A DNA stretch of 64,000 nt from Podarcis cretensis (lineage: Eukaryota), in NCBI GenBank assembly GCA_951804945.1, contig OX638154.1, positions 57,722,001-57,786,000 of the forward strand. The letters are read 5' to 3'. This document shows positions 11,601 to 23,600 of this stretch, in pieces (position 1 is the first letter of the stretch; each line of letters begins with the position of its first letter). The position numbers and the translations under genes were made by a program. The notes beneath the pieces are model-generated. The model did no database searches and had not been told where the DNA came from. It was given only the letters and a program-made list of their open reading frames with translations.

Positions 11601-14600
11601 GAATTATCATTGAACTCCATCTGGAGGGACACAGAGTCTCCATCTCTGCTTTACATGCAGCACATTATTTTGTGTTGTAAAGAAACTGTCTAAAGATCTT
11701 TAGCTCAGACATTATATTGACTGGAAACAGATAATTAAGGAGACAGAAACAACAGAACGCAGAACAATTTTAAGCACTTTCTTTGGCTTTTTTAAAATGT
11801 AATTCTGCAATCATAAAGAAGCCCCCATCCCCTCCAAATAGTTTCATGTTTGGGTTAAAGACAAAACATCTTTCCTGACTTAGTATGTGATATTGATTAT
11901 TATTTTTGTGTGAAATACTGGTGATTAAGACCACTGGTAATTTAAACATGTTTCTGGTAAGATGGAATCAAATGATCAGCAGACTCTGGATTTTTAAAAA
12001 ATAAATAAATAAATTGCTATCCTGTTTGCATTTTAAAAGCTTTACTAGCAATGTTTGATACTGTGTGCCTTTTTCTTTTTAGCTCTTTGATGAAAAGCTT
12101 CAGAACTGCAAAGATGACGAACAGAGAAAAGCAAGTATACTTTTTATATAGATGTTGCTTCTTCCTCTCCCTGAAGTTCACTTTTCAGCCTTCCTGTAAT
12201 TGTCTAAAATGCAATTTAAGCACTCCTTTTATATACAGCTGATAACTAGCATTGAGCGTTGCTTTATAGATTTTTATTTTTTTTAGTTGTTGGGACGGAA
12301 AACACTTGTAATAATAATTGCTAACAGGTCTTCAATTGTTCCATTACAGTGGAATATAATTAAAAAGATGAAAACAAGCTTGGAGAGCCATAGAAAAGGT
12401 TTTATCCTTTTATTTCAATAAGTTTCATGCTGCAGTTGTTTTAAATATTTTCTCTCTGTGAGCTTCCTGGAGAAGTCAGTTATTGGAAGTTCAGTTAGCA
12501 ATGCCTTGTGCCCCACTCACTTTTCATGAACTATTGTACCATTAGCATAGTTCATAGGGCTTAATGAAATATGTAATGTAAGGATGAAATAAGGAGCATA
12601 AAATGACAAGGCGTCTGACTGTTAACCAGAAGGTTGTTGGTTGCAGTGGGTTTGACTAGATGCCCCTTGGGGTCCCTTCCAGCTCTACATTTCTATGATT
12701 CTACACATGTCAGGTAAAATTATATATCCAATTCGAATAAAATTAAGTTCACGCTTTAGTCAATTATTGAGAAGTAATTGGGCCTCTCTTTGCAATAACT
12801 TCCAGCACTGTTAGAATGATTCTAAACCAACTAGCCATGTAGCTGGCTTTTTGTGTTCTAGAACAGGGTAATTTGCTAACTGTACTTCATATTTTAGATT
12901 GTAATCTAGCACTTGGCACTGTCTTATCATTATACAATCTTGCCGCTGGGGTGTGACCTTGTACTTGTTTGGCCTCTAGTCTTAATTTGTTGTAATGGCA
13001 GATTAGTGTTGCAACGGATGAGCTGTTTTCTTCCTGATTTGTTCTGGCATTCAGTATTTTAAAGCTGCTTCCTCTCATGCAGAAGGAAGAGGTTCCAGTT
13101 ACACTCACCCCAAAGTATTTCTTTAAAATCAGCATGATACTATTATTATTATTATTTACCCTGCCCCTCTGGGTTGCCCCAGCCATTCCAGGCGGCTAAC
13201 AACTTCAGTAATGCTAGACATTTTCTGATTAAGCAATAAGGTAGTTATTTCCCCTGACTCAAGACAACTAGCAGCTGCTTCCTGTAGAAATGTAGTTTAA
13301 AGAAATGTTACTGGAAACCATGACATCACTTCTCTTTTCCTTTTAATCTTTATGGAAAGCTGTGTCGAAAGTGTCACATTTATAGACCCTGTAGAAAAAT
13401 AGATGCCACAAGAGGACAACACATAATGCTAAGCCAATGATATAGAGCGAACTGCAGATTCCTAGAGGGGATCACAGCTGCTGCACTCCTACCCTAGTTC
13501 TCCTCCTGCTGCTGCACTACCCAGAGCTAAATCATGATTTGGATTAGTGTGTCACTTATAGTTTATCTTTCTTCAGACAAACCTGAGCTTTGACCAAAGT
13601 TTGTTTTTGGTCTACATAGATGGGGAAAAGGCAGACTTGAGTCTTCACTGTATTGGACAAGTGTGAGGCAGTTTGAAACAAACTATGACAATTAACAATA
13701 TGAAGATGAATCACCGCTGTCTGAACAATTCTGTACTTGCCTGATTTCACACACAAGTATAGGAATACAGTGTCTGAACTGATTCAAATGCAAATATATC
13801 ACTTTCAGTTGGGATAAATGTGGAATGAAGATTAAATTTTCTGGATGAACATGTTTCAGTTGAAGCCGCCTTGTACAGTACTTGCTTTCAAGCTTTCTCT
13901 TTAGACTATTTATCTGCAGGGTGGGATGGGAATGTAAACCAAGCATTAATAATCTTTGGTTGTTCAGCAGGGCACGGTTTAACAGTGCATCATGCTAGAA
14001 AAAGCACCACCCTTACAATTTGCACAACACACCCTTTGCTTAAAGTGGTCTTCTAGTGCTGTTGGGCAACTCTTTTCTAAAGCAAATTGCATTCCTGGTA
14101 CTCTTTTAATTATCTAGAAATGGTTGCAAAGTGGTCACAGTGTAATAATGGAATATGTCTGGTTTGATTGCAGTAAGGATCCTGTTGTTTTCATTCAGCA
14201 GGATCTCAGGTGCAAGAGGCAGCGAAGACATTTTCCCTCGATCTTGGAGAGCTGTTGGAGTAGACAATGCTTAGTCTATATAGCTCTGCACAGTGCTGCT
14301 TCATATATTAAGCTTATATTTTATGTGAACGTTTTAAATAAACAATAACTAACAAGAAGCAATCTTGAAGATGAGTAACTTCACATTGCTAAAGACCTTG
14401 CTTTTCTTTTCTTTTGGTCCAGAAGATTGAAGACCTCAAAGAAACAACCAGTGTAAGTATGTGTTTAATCATTACATATTTTAAAGCAACTCAAGGGCTT
14501 GGCTTGGATCTTTAATTCCTCTTTAGCTACTTGCTCTGCTGACAGGCACTTAGAATGGAATGGTGGGAGATCAGTTGCCCCCCAATCTCCCAAGTGGCCT

Positions 14601-17600
14601 GCTGGCAAATGCAGAGAACCTGCTTCTCCTTATGCCACCTAATTAGAGGAGGGGGAATGAATTGTACCATATGTTCAGGAGGGAGGGGTCATCCTCTCAC
14701 TTCTGTGGTCCAAATTATCTTCATATTTGTCTTTTGATGGAAATGGAGATTGAGACTGTGGCCTACAATTATGTTCCGTGTTTATATTAAATAGAAAATA
14801 TAGTAGTGTTTTAGAATATTTTTATGCTTGATGGTAACCTGCTTAACAGTCAGGTCTGTGAAAGCATGACACAAAATAACTTGACACATTTACTAGTCCT
14901 GTTGCTTTTTGGAGTATATATTTTATTGTATTTTCATAACTTAATGATAAAATCTGAGCAACAAAAGCAGCTCTAATCCTTCTGTTGTGAAGGTATTGTT
15001 TAGGTATTTTCAACTTGGTGCCCTCCAGATATTTTGAGCTACAGCTCCCATTATCCCAGGGGGTTGGGGCCAGGGAGAGCTTTTGTCCAAAACCTTTGCA
15101 GGGCACCGGTGCCTAGGCTGGTTTAGACAATATCTTGCTTGTGCAATAATCTGCAGGATGTCAGTTAACTTTAAAGTTAACTGCTCTTAGAAAAAGAAGT
15201 AGCTTCTTTCACCCATCAAATGTTCTTTCCCAGTGTGGCTTTAGCTGTATAAATTGGGGAAATAATGATCCATTAAAACTATTAGCAAAATAGTTACTGA
15301 TTTTCTCCACCCTGTTCACTCATTCGAGTGCAGAAATGTTATCATAAATGAATTCTTACAAGATATCTATGGCAAATAAGTACTAAACTGATAATGAACA
15401 TACTAACCAAAGGAAGTACTTTGCTTCCTTAACACTCTATTCTAAGCAGTAAAAGTTTTGTAGAAATACTAACATGTTTATTTTTGCCCCCCCTTAGAGC
15501 ATGGTTGAATCAATAAAACACTGCATTGTGTTGCTGCAGATTGCTAAAGTAAGTATCTCTGTTGGAAAATACAAAAAAAAGTGTTTGCAGTATAATGTTT
15601 TCTGGAAGAAATTGTTCTGTGCTATTATATTGTAGAGGCATTGAACCATCAAAGTTAATAAGAATTGGAAGGTATAGATATATGTACATTTATATGACTT
15701 GATTATTTCCCCTCCTGTTGTATTCTGTAGGTAGATTGATAAATACTGTAAGTAGATTGCCAGGAGTATATGAATGTACATTGTATAAGTTATACAATGC
15801 ATACAATAGCATACTCAGTGCTGTGCCATTCTTCATATTAAAGTGGTGATCATACTGACCTATTGATCCTGACAAAGTGGTGTTTACCATAATCTCAAAT
15901 GTTGTGACTGTGCTCTTCATGCTTTGTTTGAGCATACATAAAAACAGATTCTTTATGTCAGTGCCTACATTGGTTTGATTACTTTTGGTGTTTTAAACAT
16001 TCACAAGCAACTATTTCGTGGAAGCCCCCAGGTTGGAAGTATGGTGAAACAAATGTTTAAAAAAGCGCTCTGCTAGGTTGTACATGAACAGTATAAATAA
16101 CAGAATTATAGTCTATTAAAGATTGATCTTGAAATTTGATGGTGCTTGTGCCTTCAAAAACTCATCTTGAATATCAGTGTCTGACAATTGAGTTAAAACA
16201 TGTCCTCCTTTAACAATGGGCCTTGGATAGAGAATTGATAAAATGGAGCAATTGTTGGCATGAAAAGATATTGCATATGTATGGTTAAAGCCCTTACTCA
16301 CCAAATGGGTTTGCATGTACTAATCTACTCTAAAATTTTGGATTTATTCTCTAATCTTAATAGGCCTAATAATTCCTAACCTATAGCACTGAAGTTCCTG
16401 CCATATCAGAAGTGAAAAACCCACTAAGTTTTTCTGGGCATCTTAAAATCCTAATCGTAAACTGGATTATGGAACTTTTATACATGATCAAAGAAGGTGA
16501 GCCCCAGTGCGCTTGTGCTATAGTACAACATTGTAACAGGTTTCTCCAAAGAGAGCTATGTTTGTATATAGCTCCCATACATAATAGACTAACAAGGTGG
16601 AGAAGAGGGTGAGACTTGCTTGTGGTGTAAGGATACTTTTGGCTCATTTTCTTCTGTGAAAACATGGAAGATATGCATGCCTCACTGCTGAAGAGGGAGT
16701 GTACCATCTGCAAATCTGAAGATAAGCATAAATAAAACAAAGTTTCTGGAGTAACGAAAGAATGTACAAGTGCTGCTAGCACTTAAAAATTTCAGGAATA
16801 GCCTGGAAGAAAGCTTTGTCATATGCCGCTATCCGGTGAATCTTTGTGACATGAACACAACCACATTCTACACTGCACACAACTTAAAATATTCCTGCAT
16901 TGCAAGGGGTTGGACTGGATGACCTTTGCGGGCCCTTCCAACTCTACCATTCTGTGATTTTATATTCTAAAATTTTATTTTGGTGAAGAAACAGAACACC
17001 TTCAGTGCTGTTTGTTGTCCATATGTCTCTGGCCAAGCTTGCCAATTTACTAAAGAAAAACAAATGAGGAAAAGGTTGTAGTTTAGTGATGGAACCCATG
17101 ATTTGCATGTTTGATTTCAAATTCAGTCCTTGGCATCTGCAGCTGAAGGACCTCTAGTAATAGGAAAGTCAGGAAATATCTCTTTTGGCGTCCTAGGGGA
17201 AGTCAGTGCTGGACAGGGTAGGCAGTTCTGGGTCAGATAAACTGTTGATCTGCCTTGGAATAAGTTGGATTTATAAATATTCTGTTCAGAATTCTGAATA
17301 GGCAGTTGCACAAGATTGTAAAATGCATCTATTAATAATGTATCTGATGCTTAGGCTTTCCAAATTTCCCCATACCCATGCCAGTTAAGAAAGCTTCCAT
17401 AGAAAGTGCAAAAGGAAAGATGGGGGAAGAGAATATTTGAGTCCTTCATCCACAAAAGAGACCTTTGCTGCTGCTCTCTCTCCCCATAACCCATTTGCTA
17501 TAATGTTTAGTGCACCCTTATCCCAGTTTTGTTCTTGGAACATACCTTGCCTTGCAAACCTATGCAAACCTGAGGCAGACAATACTGAAGGCTTCTGATC

Positions 17601-20600
17601 TGGCAGAATTTTGGGAGGCTTCTTTTGCTAATTCTGTCTCTCCCTTTAACCCCAATCCAGTGTCCTACATCATTCTGAGGGTTCTGGGGGCTGCAGCAGA
17701 AGGAGAGAGTTGGCAGAAGTTCCCTTACCACCAACAGTAGGAGCATCCCCTGAGAGAAATGCCACTCAAGATACTCCTGCCTGCAGCTGTAAAGTCTGGA
17801 TCCAGCCCATTATCTTAGGCATAGTGCATTAAGATAGGGATAGGGAACTTTTTGCAGCTTGTGCCACATTCCCTAATAAGCCTGCTTCCATGAGATGCAT
17901 ACCAGTGGTAAGCAAGATCAGAGGTGAAAGTAGGTATGGGAAGAGGCAAATGTGAGTAGAGACACTCACCTTTTATAGGCCTCCTAGCCACACAATAGGC
18001 AAAGGTTTCTATATATGCATCCCTCCACTTCCAGTCAGATGATCGAGAGGCAGTATCCCAATTCAAGGACTCTGTTGAGGCTGTGGAGCAATGCCGATGA
18101 ATTGTATGGAAAGGGGGCATTGTATGGGTAGAGTCCCGTGGGCCAGATAAAGAAATGGCATTCCTACTAACATAGAATTGTTCATAACTCTCTGCCAGCC
18201 TTATGTCTTCTCAATCCATTTATAATATTTTAAAATCATCAAGATAAAAACTGATGTTTGAGGCCCTCGTCTATTCCCTCCTAGCTCTAAAAATAGTGCC
18301 ATGCTTTGAGCAGCATTTACTTGAAAGAATTAGGAATTCAGCTACTGCAAACCCACAAAAGGTTCCATGGGAAATGTGCAAGAGAAATCAAAGTAGCTAG
18401 GTTTTTTTTTTACTCAGGTTATAGGACCTTGGGTGACTTGGAATAATGGACTTTGTATGATTATGCTTTAGGTTGAGGAAACAAAGCTACCTTTGTTTTT
18501 GTAGCAGCTTTATTTTAGCAAAATGCAAGCCTTTTCCTGTCCCTGGTCCACAAAAAAAGAGCGTAGAGCATGATCACTGTGCATTTAATATATGTGTGTG
18601 CGTGTTTCAATGAATATTTGGGATTAGTGTAATCGCCTTTGTCATTACATGATTATGCATTGGATCTTGTTTCCATTCTGTGGATTCTGCAATGGATGAT
18701 TGGCTGTACTCCACCACGGAGTTTGTATATTATGTTAATGACTTTAATTAAGTTTTCAACATTAAAAATTACATATATTCTTTTAGAATAATCTGATTAG
18801 GAACTCTCATCTCTCAAGTATATGCATATGCCACAGATTAGGAGATATGATAGCCATCTGCAGTTATCTTAAGGGCTGTCACATGGAAGAGGGAGCCAAC
18901 TTGTTTTCTCCTGTTCTGGAGGATAAGACTCAAGTTGCAAGAAAGGAGGTTCCACTTAAGCATTTGGAAAAACTTTATGACAGTAAGAGTTGTTCAGCAT
19001 TGGAACAGACTCCCACAAGAGGTGGTTGACACTCTTTCCTTGGAGATTTTTAAACAGAGATTGGATGGCCATCTGTCATGGATGCTTTAGCTGAAATTAC
19101 TGCATTGCAGGGGGTTGGACTAGATGGCCCTTGGGGTCCCTTCCAACTCTATGATTCTATGATTAAGTATTAAATAACACACTAATATTCATCATTTAAT
19201 TACAGACCCAATAAAGTTGTTAATGCATGTTACGCTTGGTTCCCTGCATTCTTCTGTTACCATATAGTCTTCAGTATGGCTTTTGATATACTGGCAGTTT
19301 TATTCAACATCACATCCATTGTTTAGAGCTGCTTCTGTATCCAGCTCTGTCCCTGGCGGCCCAGGTATCATCAGTGGCTAGAAGAGTCTTTTACCAACTG
19401 TGACTGGTGCTACAGCTGTGGCTGTTCCTGGACTACAAGAGCTTGACCACGGTAGTTCAGCCACTGGTGACTTCAAGATTGGATGGCTGCAGTGTGGGGT
19501 TTCCCTTGTTATTAATCCAAAAGCCTACAGTTCGTGAGGAATGTTGCAACACGGTTGCTGCCAGGACTGAGACTCTCTCAGCATGTAACATCTCTACTCA
19601 GAGATCTGCACTGGTTGCCGGCTTGCTACCAGGCCAAGTTCAAGGTGTTACTGTTAGTATGTAAAGCCTTTAGCAACTTGGTACCACTTTACTTGCAGCT
19701 TCATCTTGCCCCAAGTGTGCCTACTCAGCTGCTTTGATCCCCAGAACTGGCACTGTTAAAGGTGCCACATAATATGCAATCTTCTAGTGTGGGAGCAGCT
19801 ATACTTTGGGTCTCAATGCCTAGTGACATCAGGCAAGTAGGTCCCTTCACTGTGCTCTTTTGGTACCTACTCAGTGATGAAATTTTGAAGTAATTTCCAG
19901 CTGATATTTCTGATTGGCACTTCCTCAATTAAACCATGTTCAATCCATGAAGCTTACCATGTGACCTTTGGCCAGTGGTACATACTCAGCCCAACAGGGT
20001 TCAGCCCATGAAACTAATACGGGGTGGGAAAAGACAACCTTGGACTCCACCCTGAGTTCATTGGAAGAAGGGTAGGATAATTTTGTTTTGTCTGGTTCAT
20101 TGTTTGTATCAAGGAGAATCCTAGACTTCATAAAAGGAAAATCTGCTAAATGCTGGTGTACTCTGGTTAACTATGGATTATTTGTACTGTATAGGGAGAT
20201 GCAGTTTGAATGTAAGATGAATGACAATTCATTCACAGCTAAGGTATAGCTGAGGAGTAGGATGGAACCTTGCACCTGAAAGAAGGGAAAATACATGATC
20301 CTACAGCCTATACCTAATCCTTTAACTATTTTTGAAGGGTTGGCTAGCATTACACTTACTCTAGACCACAGAGATAAGACCTGTGGTAGGAGAAAGCATA
20401 CACCTGTGAGGGGTTTATTTAACTGGTACTGAGGCATTTAGTCATGGCCAAATAAACCCTTCACTATCGTGCTTTTCTTTTAAGTGAGTTGTAATTTTTT
20501 CCAGGTGATAGTTTCCAAAACATCAAGGAGCATGTCACAGAAATACCTTGCATGTCACAGAAATATCTTGCAATATCTTGCGTTTGTGCAGGCCTCTTCA

Positions 20601-23600
20601 TGATACTTGGTAATAAACAGAACTAGTAGATACATAGTGGCATGCTTCTTCAGTGTTATATTCATCTGACAGAAAGCGCTTTTCAGTATTGATATGTTAG
20701 CCTTTATTATCTTCAGATGATAGCAAACATAGCTAGCTATTGTAAGAAGATACCAATGGCTTATAAAGTGCAAGGTTTCTAATGGTTAATCGGTTTCTTT
20801 TCCTTCAGAGACATTTCACTTTCGCAGCATCTAGTAAAAAATTATGGAGAGAAACAATTATTCTCATATAAGCAAAGACATGGCATCTAGTAAAAAAATT
20901 GATATGTTAATATTTGTAACATTTTTCCTTAAGGACCAAAGTAATGAGGAGAAGCACGCAGATGGACTTATAGTAAGTTTAAATCTAATCTTTCAATCTC
21001 CCTTTATTTCGGCAGAACGTTAAAGCTGCAGTCATGTGGCCACAGGGGCTTGAACTTCCATTCAATTTTGACATTCTTTTTCTTAGTCACATCTTCTGGT
21101 GTCTCCTCAATATGTTGTCACTTTCCTTAAGCTTCAAAAATCACAATTAAGAATATTAAATTCCAGCTTCGCTTTTATCACCACTATTTCTTATTAATGA
21201 AGCAAATTTAAACCCGCAATGGGGAAAAACTGGGATGATAACTTGGTCACTCTTCTTGTACCTGAAATGCACGTGCGTTCAGAATAACATTTCTTTATAA
21301 TACTGCTTTTGAAATACATGCTAGAAGTTTCTGTCACGTTGCTTTGTTGTATATACTTCATGTAACTTTACTTCTGTCTTCCATTTGTATACATTTTCCT
21401 GACTTCTGAGTGTTTGTAAATTGGTAGGAACTTACATTGGCATTTTAGCTTAAACAAGAGCAGAACAGTTATGTGAAGTAGCTTGTTTTTCTTATTTTCT
21501 AGTTGACCCTACATTTTAATAAAGAGTTGGGACCTTTTTTCATGGCCCATTTCCCTCGTTGCTGAAACTTAAAAACAGATTTTAAGACCCTTAGAACTAC
21601 AGGAAACAAAGTAGTGCTCGACCCCATGAGACAAGACTGTAACTGCAGTCTGGTAGGGTAAGTGTAGGTCTGTTTTTAAGAAAACCCTCATCATGCCATA
21701 AAGTTGGGAATATAAAGTACCTTCTATATACTGTATATGATATCACTAGTGAATCACAAGACAGTCACAGTGAGAATTCCCCTATAAATAAAGTTGGTGA
21801 ACTAGTTTGCAAAGTTTAAGGATAGCCTCTTAACTGTATGAGTTCATATGCATTCATTAATGGTCTCAAAGGAGATTAGGTCTCATAAATGTGGAAATTC
21901 AAAGCAAGTTCTTCCTTTCTGCTACAACAAGTTTGAAAATAAGATGTGGGTTCATAGCATCAAATCAATAGATTATAAATAACTTCTAAACACTGCAGCA
22001 TTCTGGGAGCAATGGAGAATGCAGTTTTAAGAGGAATAGTAATTACTCAGGAATGGCAGATCTGCAGTTAAGGAACTCGACTGCCAGGATTTCTTGTGAT
22101 GAGCATAATAAACAAGGCCTTAGTCCTCTTGAGTTTCCAATTTAAACAGTACTGAGCTCCTACCAGTTCTCAAACTTACTTGTACTGTATTACAATTCAA
22201 AATATTTCCGGTCATGTTTATCTGCTTTTGCTTGAACCCTTAGATACACACAGTGTTAATCTTCTACTTTTCTAGTGTTTTAATTGGTGTTGTTTGTAGA
22301 TTAATAGGAGGCTGGCTGTGAAGACTTTGCAGAGTTTATAATTAAATGAAAGCTTTTCAATCACATGGAACACAAGATGTTATTTCCTATAAGCTTGAAA
22401 TCAACATAGCATAACACACACCTTTTAAAAATAACACTGAAGAGCTTGTAGAAAGGATTGAATGTCCTTAACATGAACAAGTTATTTCTAAAACATCAAC
22501 ATTGAATGGTCCAGTTTCATTTAGTTTACCTGGAGAAAACATTTGACTTGAAATCCTAGAAGCCTTAATTTATTTAAGCCATTTATAGATTGTTATCAAT
22601 GTATCTCGAAGCAGTTTACATAAGAAAAAATCCAGGTACAATAAACACAACAACTTTAGAGAGAAGAAAATTGAAGTACTATATATAAATATACAGTACA
22701 GTATAACATCCAAAGGTGTAACATCATCAATATAAAATGCTGAAAAAGACTTGTTAAACTTTGCATCTGTAGGCTTAATTTAGCTATCTTTTCTGTTTGT
22801 ACAGTTTTCCCTGGTACAATTTTCTATCTTGCAATATATTTAACAACTTGTAAGAGCCTTCCCCCTCTGACTTGGGGGAACCAGCTCATGAAAAACCTTC
22901 AACCAAGAACCTCCCAATAAAGCTAGTTTGACACAACACTGTTATAACTATTAAATATGACCAGTAAAATACACAAAGCTGCCTTGTGGTGAAATGTAGA
23001 AACGTGTTGATTATTGTTGTTCACTTACGGTCTTCCTTTTAGACAAGTGTACAAGATGCTTTCATAAAATAGTAGGATAATACAAAACACAGTTATAACC
23101 TAAAACTAAAGAACCCAGACGGCAGCAAAGTATGTGATAAAATTGCAGTTCTAAAAAGGTCTGCTAACTCCTACCTGAAAACAGACAGTCAAGAGGCCAA
23201 GCATTTTTCAGAGGCCTTTCCACATCCTGGGTGTTATGACTGAAAGGGCGCTCTCGCATGTATCCAACTTCATCTCAGACAGAATCAGAACCTGAGTGAG
23301 GCCCTCTAAAGTAGAGTGAGCGTCCTGTACAGGTTCATATTGGGAATAGGGAAACGACTTTCCTGAGAGATTCTGATTCTAAACCATTTAGGGCTCTGAA
23401 GATAATAGGTTGCACATTGATTTGAAACTTGACGCAAATTGGTGAAGTTGGTAGAGGATAGGTGCAATGTGATCTAAAATGGACAGCTCCCATCAGAACC
23501 CTCACTGTTTCTGACCAATTGAAGCTCCCAATTATCTCAAGGGGCAGTGCTATGTAAAGCAAATCCCAATAATCTAACATGTAAGTTGAAAAGCTATAAT

